37,054 bases of DNA. Source: Octopus bimaculoides (taxonomy: Eukaryota). Both the position numbers and the translations under genes were made by a program. This document shows, in pieces, positions 12,501 through 25,017 of the stretch. The notes under the pieces were generated by a model. It did no database searches and was not told the origin of the DNA. It saw only the letters and a list, made by a program, of their open reading frames with translations. Each line of letters starts with the position of its first letter. Position 1 is the first letter of the stretch. Location of the stretch: the NCBI RefSeq assembly GCF_001194135.2, contig NC_068987.1:99564565-99601618 (forward strand). The letters are read 5' to 3'.

Positions 12501-13199
12501 AACATGCCTAAAGATCAGACAAATTATTTATAATGGGAATGGCGTTTGATTGCAGTAACACCCACTGTTTAATCAAGCCTAAATTAGATCCAACAGCTTG
12601 TAGAGAGGTAACATCTGCATGGATATGTTCTGGGCAGAATGTATTTGACTAACAATGTATGTATTTTTAGACATGTCCAAAATATCGTTTGTGATTCTGA
12701 AGTTCTTCACTCAACCATAACAAGCCTGCTCGTCTATTCGACTGTTTTCGCAATGCGCATGTTTATTACAGTGTTGGCTATGTTGTGAGAGATATCTGGC
12801 TGACATAAATTGTGCTAAACAGTTATGCAATGTAACTTCTTTTGTAGTATGTAAAGCAGCCAGACGGAGGAAATACCTTCATTTAGAAAATCAAAAATAA
12901 AATCACAGATGAAAAAAAGCGAAACGAACACACATTACAGCGAGAAAATTACTGAAAATGACTGTTAAAAATTATGCAGGCATAAACGCCCTCGGGCTAG
13001 CTACATGACGCAAGTGCACTCGCTCATACAAGCCTCCGCGTAAATGTGAACGTACGCATACGTGAGGCTTGATGAACTCATGATCACAAAGCGAGTTAAC
13101 TATCTACTTACTGTTTGTAAGAATCGTGAGGTTAACAGTAGACTTAAGTCATCCATAACTTAAAGTAAGTTATGTTATCACTTACTCAAAATGCATTCC

Positions 13200-15690
13200 A
13201 GCTACATTATACGAAAGTAAATTTATATTCGTTTGGGCATCACGTGAGTCTTTCAGAAATTTTATTAATGGTCTACTCATTAGTTCACACAATATACAGG
13301 GATTCCTAGGAGCAGAGACAGCATGTTCCGGAAATTATATTGTCTGTTTTCGCGTGCCTTACTCTGGAATAGTAGAGGCTTAATGGCCCAGTGGTTAGGA
13401 CAGCGGACTCGTGGTCATAGGATCGCGGTTTTGATTCCCAGACCGGGTGCTGTGAGTGTTTATTGAGCGAAAACACCTAAAGCTCAACGAGGCTCCGGCA
13501 GGGGATGGTGGAGAACCCTGCTGTACTCTTTCACCACAACTTTCTCTAACTCTTTCTTCCTGTTTCTGTTGTGCCTGTAATTCAAAGGGTCAGCCTTGTC
13601 ACACTGTGTCACGCTGAATATCCCCGAGAACTATGTTAAGGGCACACGTGTCTGTGGAGTGCTCAGCCACTTGCACGTTAATTTCACGAGCAGGCTGTTC
13701 CGTTGATCAGATCAACTCGAATCCTCGACATCGTAAGCCACGGAGTGCCAACAACTCTGGAACAAGTAATGCTTTACTTCATTTTATCGACATACAAAAT
13801 CGGCCAAAGATGTTGATTATCTCTTTTTGAATGTCTTAAAGCTGGCGACATGGTTACGAAAACAATTCATAAATGAATCAGCTGTCTGCCCTATGTAAAC
13901 ATACGGTACATTTATATACAATACTTGTACTCATACAGAGATTTATCGATGAATATTTTGATTTTTCCCTGCATAAGGGTTTATCGTATTTACTTGTATA
14001 TAAGGCAGTCCCGACTCCATTTACAGACGGTGTTACCGTGTTAGCTGTATCATAAGTATTTCTACTATTACAATTTAGCCGTAACCGGTGATTTTCATTG
14101 CGGTTTACATCTCCTTTGTTAGTATTTAGATGTTCACTAGATCCAGTAGATGGGTAACTGAACCTTTGTCTCATTCTGCTATTGTTTATGCGATGCATAT
14201 GCTGCTCTAAGTTAGTAGAGTTAGCGTAGGATACCTTCACTGTGTGCCAATTAAAATAGCATCATACGGATTAGATTTGGGAAAATATTTGTCCTAAGCA
14301 GCAAAAACGTTTCGAGCGACCTTGGTTGAAACATCCAAACCGAAAATCAGGTTGAACCAGAGAACATCTTGATTCTTGTATCGGTTGTTAGGCTTATTTG
14401 ATTGTGTGTGTTATACAGGATTGGAATAAACGGTTGGATTATTATGTCGCGAGTGTCCATGAGTTTTCGTTGGTAGTTCATTGATATGAGGAATTCTTCC
14501 TGGCCTGTATTCTCTTTCTAAGTGCGTTCTCAAACTGTGACGTTGTGATGGTGTACAATGAGTATTACAATTGGAGGAATTACCTGTGTTGTGTAAACTT
14601 GCTTCTTGTGTATATTGAATCTTTTCACCGTACGCAGCCCTATCTAGAGTAGCATTATAATTTGCATTGTGATTCGAAAATGTTATTATTAGCGGATTAT
14701 CTAAAAATTCTTGCTTAAATATTATGAACTAATGCCGGTATAATCGAGTGTGGATGGTTGGATGCTAAGTTAATGTATTTACTATGATCATTTGTCATAG
14801 GACATGCTTCAAATAATTCAGTATGAAGACAGAAGGTAGCATCAAGAAAATTCAATCTACGATGAAATTTACCCATCGTAATGTTTAGTACTAAATTTTT
14901 TAAAAAATCAAAAGAATTTTTTTTCCTATGCCTTTCTAATTGTACTTTTCTACTTCTGTAGAATACAGCGACATTCCTATGCAGACCCCTTGTTACCTCC
15001 GGAAAGGAAGACTGGATTAATGAAAGGATATATATTCCGACTAGTTCAGTGGCCTGTGCAGAATCGTATGAGCCCATTGCTATATCAAATGCATTCTCCC
15101 TCTCTAACCTCTTCCATAATCTACCATCAAATTCTAGTAGAGTGCCTCATGCAGCAAGTAATATATCCATTTTACGTCGGGACCAATAGCAATTTTTCAA
15201 TCTATAAATCAGGGCTTGATTAAGAACGATCTGGTTAATAATGGCATTATAACACTCTGTATTTGGTTGCAAGAATTTGCTATTCTTACTAATTTCTAGA
15301 AGCTTAAACCATTCAACCACCACTTGGGTATCGGACCAGAGGGCTAGTTTAATTTTAGACTTAGGGGTGGGTATCACCCTATCAATGATTTTAAACTAAT
15401 AATGCTTATATCGGATTTAGAAAGACAAATCAATCTTAAGGGTCAATAAGATAGTTAGGTCTACGGTCCTTAAGCATAATTCGGGATTTTCGAGAGACGT
15501 AGGGCTCGGTTCTCTCATCTATAGCTAAATTACTAAAACTCTGTCGATTTGTAGCCCTGTATTATTAATTCTTTTCATCTGTCGTTCCTAGTATGTCTAT
15601 ATTTGCTCTGTAATTCCTTCCTAATCATAGACTTATATAGCTCAACATCAACAATGCAAATATTTACCCACGAGTATAAGAGGGTTTTAG
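13200..15690 (-). mobile_element. Decayed Penelope-like element (RT plus GIY-YIG), interrupted by a SINE
   Basis: Minus strand in order: LAIDERTEPYVSRKSRIMLKDRRPNY; KIKLALWSDTQVVVEWFK..KFLQ; MGSYDSAQATELVGIYIL..NFLDAT..YINLASNHPHSII; VLWFN; KVSYAN; IVYKCTV; FRNHVASF. Beyond the SINE: SGTCCLCSxESLYIV and TINKISE. This is the motif order of Penelope-like RT/GIY-YIG ORFs. Confidence 0.9.
13375..13755 (+). mobile_element. Full-length tRNA-derived SINE (octopus-type) with target-site duplication
   Basis: tRNA-like head with A box (TGGCCCAGTGGTTAGG) and B-box-like GGTTTTGATTCCC. The body and 3' end (GTCACGCTGAAT..GGAGTGCTCAGCCACTTGCACG..GGAGTGCC) match a very common octopus SINE as recalled. Flanked by ACTCTGGAA at 13361-13369 and 13754-13762. 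Confidence 0.9.
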
Positions 15691-15935
15691 TTCACTTGCG
15701 ATCTAAACAAATAGGTACGCTGGGTAAGTAGTATAGTAGGTTGATGACCGTCAGGTCCCATGATCACGTCTAAGCCTGGATCTTGGGATCATTGTTAGGG
15801 TTCTGTTTTAGCCGGCATATATTATATTAGAAGAAACAAATCAAACCTAAGGCAGAACGAGTATCTCAAGTCATTTAAAATAATTTAATTTGAAGTTTTA
15901 CATCTGTTTCTGGGATAACACAAGTGGTATGTATG

Positions 15936-15974
<39 letters not shown>

Positions 15975-18900
15975 CAAAATATACACATACATACTTATCA
16001 CTTGTGTTATATATATATATAGGATAATAAAAGGAATGGCTTATACCTTGGCGAAAACAAACTAATTTGTACGTAGAATGCGGTGAAAAACTTTATTCTT
16101 TAGCTAAGATCTTAAACCAAATGACAAACCTGAACATTAGGTTTGTCATTTGGTGTATTCAAATCTAGGAGGAGAAGTATTCAAATCTAGAAGGAACCCA
16201 CCGACTAACCAACACCTAACCAGATTTGAAGATGAATTATATAGTAATGTTACGAACGTGAAGTTCAGGAGGTACACTTGAATGTGTAATATATATCAGC
16301 AGAAAATTAGAAAATTACTTGTCGACTTCAAGAAACCTTATCGTTCCATAAATGGGGACGATAAGATAAGTATAAACAATGAAAGTGCTAATATTAATAG
16401 TACCTTCCAACACCTCATTGTCATTGCCCCTGCGTGACCAAACCCGACTGACTTGCTTTCGGACCCATAGATTTAGCTGTGTATGTGTAGTAATGAGACA
16501 GAACTCTGTAATACATAAAGAAAGATTTTCCAAAACGAAATTCAGTTGATTAGCATACGTGATTCAAATAATAATCAAATGGAATTGACTTACTTATTGC
16601 ACAATCCAAATATGTCGTTTGACAGCGTTGTCATAACGATACTATCGATACCATGCTATTACATTGGTAACTCAACAAAATTGTTTCAAATTATTTCTCG
16701 TGGAATGGATTTGAAATGAATGCAGATTGGTACTGCCATTGTAATATTCATTAGAATCTCACAGAGAAAAGTACTGATGACACGTGAAGCAGTTCCATTT
16801 GTATGTTTAATTGGTAGTTTGTATTGCATTTCTATTCTCTGATTTTACAAACCTCTCAGAGATTATATTAACCAAATACTTGATAGCTTTTATATAAAGT
16901 GACGCACATAAAATTAATGACATATAGAGCGAAAGAAAATGTCGGAAATAATATGTCGTAGCTATATAGTAACCTTTTTCACCGATACCTTAAATTTACG
17001 CATAAATAGCATTAAAAATAGCAATATGTTCTACGTTATATAAACACAATTTGCAGTAAAATACTGTAATTCTATTGACAGGAATTTAACTCAATCAAAA
17101 CACTTTCAGATCCTGACATAGCCTTCTTCTCCACTTAGAAATACGGTTGATAAAATGTTTAATATATTAAAGCACACTACACCTGAATACAAAAAGAAGT
17201 TAACACATATGATGTAATCCAATACTTAAGCTTTTACAATTTAAAAACAATTTGTGTGAATATCGATAAATATTTTCATAGAATGACGTGGCGTTGCGCG
17301 TTGTAACTAAATTAAGTTTGAAATATGTTTTCCCAACTGAATGATTGTCTGTCACCAACTTATTTAGTGGGTATTTACTTACTTGACTAAATACAATAAT
17401 ATATAATTGAAGCGTCAGGTTACTCGTCAATGAAAGATTTAATGTTTTGAAATAATATGATATTGCTTTCGAGTTCCAAGAAGATTATGAGTTTCAATTT
17501 CTATATATTGTATTATATGCATTATACGAGTATGTATGGTTGCAAAGTAAAATTGTAGTCCATATAGTTTTACTAATAACCATTAGCAAAGGGAAATCAT
17601 CTTGAATTTTAAATGCCGAATTGTTGCGTTGAGTACACTATTCAATATGGAGATTGGAATAATTATAACTACCACATTCAAGACAAGCTGCATTAAATGT
17701 GTTGGTATTCCAGACAGTGCCAAAATCTGATGCTAATGATGGGATGAACAATCAGAATTACCTAGTTATAGAGGGAATAGTCATTGCTTAAAATCGGAAG
17801 GCTGATATTCTCAAAATGTTGTTGTAGTAGAAGAGGTAAGACACCACAGTTGAAGAAAAAAAGCAAATTTGTTTTGTGAATTTCTGAAGGAGAGTAGACT
17901 GACGGGAAATTGTGTACATCCAGCATAATCACATAGTATTAACAGATAATAGTATATTACAATATGTTATAAAGAGAGATAATCTTGCATGTGAGGGAAG
18001 TTTAAGATGAATTGATATTGTAGAGTTTCATTGAGATCAGTGGTCGTGAGTACTTTCGATTAGAAATTTTATTTATTAGATTTGCTTTTCCTCTATTACT
18101 GAGATATTCAGTGATGACTTTGCCATTGATAATTATATCTGTCATCGACCTTTATCGCCACATATCATTCTCGTACAATATCTTACGTGACCAAAGTTCA
18201 GATTTTGTATAAAAGTAGTGTTACCGTTATATTTCCCTAAGTTGTCAAGCACCGGATATGTTGCTTATGTTATCACAAGATACTTGTAGTATCCTACTTA
18301 ATTATTCTTTGAGTTTTCCGTGTTAGCTTGTCTTAACTTATTATTGCTATAGATTTCGAACAGACGTTGGCTGTTTGATATCTAAACCAACTGATTTAAA
18401 GAATATTTGACTTTTATGACCGCGTTCGTCTCTCATTAACATTATATTGAACAAAAGTATTTTGCAGGTGTCTTGCGATTTGGAAGGATAAAGAGTAATA
18501 TTAATAAATGCGATATTTATCGACGGTAACAGCAATATACTAATAGCATCGGTGCTAGTTTTGTGATTTAAATGAATTTCAATGTTTCTTTGTTATTATT
18601 TAATATATTCATCTCTTATTTCCTTGCGCATAGATTTCACACAGTTTAATTCTAATTTATTTCTTAACTATAGATGCCATGTTAATATGCACATCTCCTT
18701 TTTCATTTCCATCTTGTTCAAATTCTTATGCTAAACTTTACATTGTATCTTGCTATATATTATTCCCCAATCGATACAAAGTTTTATTATCATTTATAAA
18801 ATTTTAAAAGTGTTTAGGAGACTATCTACTAGTTTAGATTACTGCAAGAGAAACGTGAATAAGAATGTTATTTGGGGTAGATATTTTGGATATCGTGAAT

Positions 18901-20159
18901 TATGAACGTAACTTTCAAGTATTGTTTCAACTACCTAGTAAAAATTAAGACACCTGTGTATTTTTCATTGAGGACAATTAACAAGCAATACATAACATTT
19001 TATTTATTTATTGAACTATATTTATTCTAGCCATTAAAACTATCAACGTTATTTTGTTTCAGGGTATCTTAAATCAGACAAATTTCGAATATCTTTTTCA
19101 CTTATTTTTTACAGATTAAATATACTGGTATGTTTATGATGGGTGGACGAAATGTTTTATTTGTACTTCAAACTTTGAATGCTATAAAAATTTAAGTGAT
19201 ATATATTTCTAGGGAATTTCTTTTTGTTCAAACTTTAAGACTGATAGGAGATAATCAGCAGAAACATGAACATATTCTTTTCTGAGGTACTTAACCTGTC
19301 AGTTGTATTCGCTGATATTTTCACGATGCTTGTACCTGTCTGATGAGTTGCACTCTATTTGTGCGTTTAAATTGGATAGCTAATTGGTAATTACTTGTAT
19401 TATTAAACAATAATATTTCAATAATAACTTAGTGCTCATTTTTATTACAGACGGAGGTTTACAATACACTCGGCCATTTGCTAGATCCATCATATCCACC
19501 ACAACAGATATTCCATAACATTCTGTGAGTATCTTTCTTCTACGGGTCTCGCGAGTAGATCGGACTGACGGCAAGGTTAATCTAAAAATGCCGAAATGCT
19601 TCCAGCCAAATTAGTGTTGCCAGGTAAAAATTCTCTGGATGTATTCTATAGTCACGGGGATCAATGGTCTCTGTAACAGATCAGCAATTTGAAAACTCTC
19701 AAGTCTTAAACTTTCTTCCTACGGCAAACATGTTCACGAAATGTTATAGAGATTTCAGCAACCGCATTGCCTTAGTTCTTAAAGACTGAAAAGCCTCCTC
19801 AATATTACTAATTTCTGGTCTTTTGCCCAAAATAATAATGAATATTACTGCACCTTATCCAGCATTTTGGACATTGCTTTACTCATCAAATACAACGTGG
19901 AAAATATATAGTGAAGAAGAGAAAGCAAAGAAACTCACCACACGGTATCACTTGAATGTTTCAAATTCAGTGCGTTTACAAGTTTTCGACCACATCATAA
20001 GCGCCTGCAGTAAAGAAGAGTGGAAGTTGTTCATTCAACAAGAGAAAGAAACTCCAAGGAGCTCTTAGAAAACTATGGCAAATGACAGTCCTACGGTAAA
20101 TTGTATCTAAAATAATGAACTTTCGTGCAAAGTCTGCTAAAATTCCCAAATATTCTAGT

Positions 20160-20970
20160 TGGTATAGTTTTTGAAATGCTAGTTCCTATCGGTAGTGTTC
20201 TTTTTCTGTTGTTTGCCTGCCTTTAGAAACTTTTGGCTTTTCGGCTTTTCACTGTCACCTATGCCACACATTATATGTTTGGTGTTAGCGGAAGCGCGAT
20301 TGTTCGGGGGTTTGCAGTTTTGTATTTTTGTTGGCATATTTCCATTTATTTTTACGGTATGAGTGTGATTCTGCTGCTGTTGTCTGTAATATGATGCTCA
20401 TTGGTGACGTTGTATCTCCCATTATCTTTGGTTCTATTAATTCCAATAATGTTGTTGCTACTGCTGATGGTGGTGCAGGTGTCTGCTAGTCACTGTTGCA
20501 GCGGTTGCATGCCCTTGTTATTGATTAAACTTTTGTCTGCTGGTTAATGTTGTTGCTACTTGTTTTGATTTTGCTGTATTCGTAGTGGTGAGGCCTCCCG
20601 TACACTGGTGATTTTCTGTTGCTGTTGTTGGTTGTGGGAAAATCCTTAATCCTTCTTCTGTCGTATCACTAAGGTATCTATATTACTCTATCACCTACAT
20701 TTTCTGCGCACTTGGTATCTGAAATGGGTCGATGATTTTGTCCAGCACTCCTGTTTCACCTGAATCAAAATCTCTTACCCAATCCCAACCGAACTTTCCT
20801 TCCAAATCTCTTCCATTTCTGGCAATATGTTAGGATCTTAGAAAACCACATATACATCCAACCACGAACAAGAAGCTCTTTCGTATGTCACAAACTTTTA
20901 CTAAGGGCACTCCCCGTTTCAGGAAGATGGGTAGCAGTGTACACTCTCCATTCCTTTGTAGGGCGATGAA
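20160..20970 (-). mobile_element. Possible decayed LINE ORF1/gag-like fragment
   Basis: Stop-poor minus frame with FVVGCICGFLRS*HIARN (degenerate zinc-knuckle-like), followed by T/Q/N-rich low-complexity coding-like sequence. Weak. Confidence 0.3.
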
Positions 20971-22484
20971 GGCTTTCTGGGTTCCGTTTTAGAGTGGAAA
21001 ATAACTCTGATGCATCCGACATTATGGGCATGTCCTAGAAAATTGTATTTTGGCAAACGTTTTTAAAATACATTTCAAAAGAGTTTGAAAGCATACGCTC
21101 TAATTAATTTCTATAGATAAGTAAAGGTGCGTAATCGTCTTTTCTGCTTGGTCTAAAATGTGTGGCAGCTTATAGCATTTCAAAATGTTATTGATTTCGA
21201 GCAAAACATTTTCAATTTTGGAAGAAAACATATTTTACTGTGCTTCATTGCTTCTGCTTTTGCATTGTTGTTTTTGCTATCATAGCTACTGCTAATGTTC
21301 ATGCTTTTACATTTACACTCCATTACCCTGTTAGCAGTGGTACCATATTTTGAACTTTCAACTTTCAACAGTGAAAACACTTCCTTCCCAATCGGGGTAA
21401 CAATGCCATATTTCCGGCATTGTTACTATTTTAATTACTATCGTTGATGAATTTGTTGTTTTTAGAGCTACTATCAGTTTCCATGTGTGGCATTCGTCTT
21501 TCTTAATTATTCGGCCTTCAGTTAGCTTGTAGAAGCCTAAACAACGTTTGAATTTCCTAGATGTTTACTTTGCTATAAACAAATTACAGTCGTTAGTCAC
21601 ATATCGAATGTAAGGAAATAAAAGGGTACAGACAAAATATAAAAGCATGCGCGAGATTAGTGCACGCATTAATCATTAGAAACAACGCAAAAAATATAAT
21701 TTCAACAGAAAGGGTGGCTGATAAAAATATGGACTTAATGCACTAGAAGAAAATGTGGATATGAATTTATTGCAGGAAACGTAAATTCAACGCGATAAAG
21801 GGAATGAAACAAGGGATCAAAATTAGTTATTATCGAAGGCATTTCAAGATATTGCTCATTATCTGATACACAAATGTACAGATAACACGTGAATTCGTTA
21901 CAAGGGATGAGAAAATCTTGAGAAATACCACACTTCAAAAAAGTACGTACACTCGCTGTCTGCATGAAAAAATAAAGATCATATATGATGGGTACAATTC
22001 GTGGCAGGAGGACGAATATGAAATGATTATCTGAATACATTTTGACTGAAAGTCATGCTAATATTTTCATCGATAAGCACATTATGAAAAGCTCAAAAGA
22101 ATTATTAAGAAGTTGAGCAAAACTTGAGTTGGAACAAGTATGCCAGATTACTCATTGTGGTTGGTTACAACTAATTTCTTTTGGGAGGAATTAAGGTGAT
22201 ATTATATGTTTCCACAATGACAAACAGTAGAAATTATAACTACAATTTCTTCATTAGCTAAATAGCTTTGGATAATTTGGGGATAAATGTAAAGCAACCA
22301 TGATGGTCGCTTTAAAAGAAGAAAGCACTAAGATGTGTGACGGAGATTATATACATAACTTGAGAAGTGTTGGAATATACAGTAGCCAAAATGTAAAGAA
22401 ACCCGAAAATAAATACAAATGTGTTTATAATTATATGGCATGACTGAAAGAAAACGAACAATGAAAAACCGCTAGCTTTATATG

Positions 22485-22705
22485 TCTGGTGGGGCACATT
22501 TCATCTCCTGCCGGTAATTTTTGGCTGGGTTGTGCCCCTCAAAGTTAAACGCAAAACACGAAAGCCTCGTTTTAAGAATCATGTCTCATTTGCTAATACA
22601 CAAGGGATCAAATGCAACTAGATAAACTCAGCGGAGAACCTGAATTGGCAAGGAAGCTATAATCCAGCGTTTGGCGGAGTGAAACGGAAGAGTACGATAC
22701 GGTTT
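22485..22705. repeat. Unclassified GC-enriched interspersed-repeat-like segment with internal hairpins
   Basis: Abrupt GC increase; GGGGCACA/TGTGCCCC inverted repeat at 22491-22538. Family not recognised. Confidence 0.35.
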
Positions 22706-24647
22706 CTTACGACAGAAACAAGGACGACTACTTTTCGAAGAAATGTCAGTTAGCTATGGTCGAATATGTGGAAAGCTTTGGAATGGTAGAAGCTAATTAG
22801 CATTTGCCCTGGTGCAAATCTATATTCTGCCTGTTCAATTATATAAAAAAAAGTGGTAATTGATTTAAAGCGATCTACTTGGGATTGCCAAATTTTGCGC
22901 CTCTCCTAAGAAATAAGATTTTCCCCATGTCCCCTAGCTTGATGTCATTCGTCTGCATTTTCATCACTTACACGCTAATAACGAGCCGCTCTCAAAAAGG
23001 AGGAAACATGTGTATCATGTGAGAATAACGATCGTTATGTAGACCTTTTGAACCTAGAAAGTTACACCTTACATAGAGGCTCAGTACGCCCAGCATTTCA
23101 ACTACTAAAATCGTCTTTATGTGACCATCTGACAGAAGCAAACTATTTTCAAATTTACTTTGTCATCCGTCAGTTTATGAAGTTGTAACATTTTCCATAA
23201 AGCATTTTGGGGCTAGCGAGTTCACTGAGTGGCACAAGTAGAAGTATACAAAAACGATCGATAAGTTCTCAGATATGTCATAAATCACTGTTTTCAAAGT
23301 CTTGAAATTATGATTTTATATTCATGTAGCGTCATAATTTTATTCATATATCAAACATTTGGTAACATTAACGACAACTTATAATTTTCTGTTTTCTATA
23401 ATAACAATTTATATTTTTTTTAATATTCTTTAATATCAACTTATAATTTTCTATATTCTATATAGTAAATAGTAAGGATGCTTTTATTACATCACGGTTA
23501 AATATATGGACATGGATTTATATACAATAGGATCCTTTATTCTCATTTTTTTTTTCTTTCTTCTACTGCGCATTCCTCACGAAAACTGAATTGTATTGCA
23601 ATATTTCTAACGAAATCATTATCATTTCGGAACATAACTTCTGTGCTTCAAGATGCGATTCTATTAAGATTTAACAACGTGGATTTCACTAAAGAGTCAA
23701 GATATGTTTTTCCACAAAATAGGCATTCAGTCTCCAAAGTCTTATCTTGCCTTTAACACGTATAGTCAAACTGTCCTGTACCTTTCGACGTAAGAATAGT
23801 ATACAATGCATTACACGTGCTCAATGAAAAATCTTCTGAAATATATTGATAACAGAAGAAATAATACCTTATTTTGAATTCGAACCTGGACAATATTGCA
23901 TCTGTATCATATAGAAGGTTAACGGCTTTGAAATATTCTGTGTTCTGTGGTATGCTTTTGAAAACCTGCAATGGTCAAACAGGGCAATTTATAAGAAAAT
24001 AATAAGAATCAGCTATTGCAGAACTTTTAAGAACAATCTTTTCTGCGGCAATCCCATTTAAACAGGATGTGAATGCTTGATGAATACGCTATATACGACT
24101 CTACCCTCTGTAAAATAAATCTATTTCATATATCCTGATTATAGGAAACCGTTCAAAAATTTCATTACGCATCATGCTATTGATGCATTGCAAAAGCGTA
24201 TTGAAGATCAACACCTTGAAACATGGAGATAATTTAAATCACATCTCCATTTCGACCATCTTTTGTAAACGGGACCACTGGACTGTTGTATTCTACGGAA
24301 TCTATCAACAGAGGATTCCAGAGTGTATGAGTGTGAGGGGAAATTAATGTGTAGATATTTTCTAGCTCTGCATTATTTTGGAGAAAAATACGCTATAGTC
24401 GTTCACTCGCAGCTGATGCATATATATTGTCATATTTAAGACCCGAAATTGAACAAACATCATTTCTACCACATTCATTATATGATGTAAATAATTACCT
24501 ACCATCTACGCCCACATAAGTTAAAACGATATATTAACGAGGGACGTATCATAAAGCATTTAGTTTGAATGAACAAGCTACAATCTAATATTTCCTTACC
24601 TCTACGACGATGTAAAAATAAATCAATAAATCGGTACATCTATTAAC

Positions 24648-24845
24648 TTTTCTTTTTTTCTTGTTTAAGTCATTCGACTACGGCCATGCTGAGGTACCAT
24701 TTTGGAGAGGTTTTAGTCGAACAAATAAACCCCAGCACTTTTTTGTTTAAATTCCAGTACTTATTCTATCAGTCTCTTTGACGAACCACTAACTGGGACA
24801 TAAACTCACCAACATCGGTTGTCGCGCCGTGGTACTGGACAAACA
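24648..24845 (-). mobile_element. SINE 3' half (OR-type octopus tRNA-SINE family), 5'-truncated
   Basis: AGTCATTCGACTACGGCCATGCTG..TTAGTCGAAC..CCAACATCGGTTGTC is the reverse complement of the SINE 3' region seen at 30010-30190. Confidence 0.85.
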
Positions 24846-24872
24846 GAAACTCAAAATCACACATTCATAGAC

Positions 24873-24996
24873 AGAGTTTATACACAGTGTTATTGAATCA
24901 AGGGTGCCGTTTAAAGTGACTTTAAATAGAACCCTTGATTCAATAACACTTAATTTAACCAGAATCCTTGATTGAATAACACTGTGTATAAACTCT
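24873..24996. mobile_element. 124-bp MITE-like foldback with ~31-bp terminal inverted repeats
   Basis: Left AGAGTTTATACACAGTGTTATTGAATCAAGG; right CCTTGATTGAATAACACTGTGTATAAACTCT (one mismatch). Confidence 0.75.
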
Positions 24997-25017
24997 ATAT
25001 TTTAAATGACCGATTTC

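Noticed and set aside
13240-13300. CTAATGA...GAAA on the minus strand as a hammerhead
   Set aside because: Lies in the GIY-YIG coding tail (TINKISE) and has no stem III or UH.
13375-13445. tRNA gene-like heads here and at 29801 and 31279
   Set aside because: They are SINE 5' regions and do not form complete cloverleafs.
18468-18529. Possible exon encoding VLRFGR (RFamide-like)
   Set aside because: A single short motif with no signal-peptide exon, no upstream cleavage site and no repeats; expected by chance.
7642-23950. Shared 12-mer TCTGTGTTCTGT at ~7655 and ~23937 suggesting paralogous exons
   Set aside because: A 12-mer match is expected by chance in 37 kb of AT-rich DNA, and the flanks do not align.
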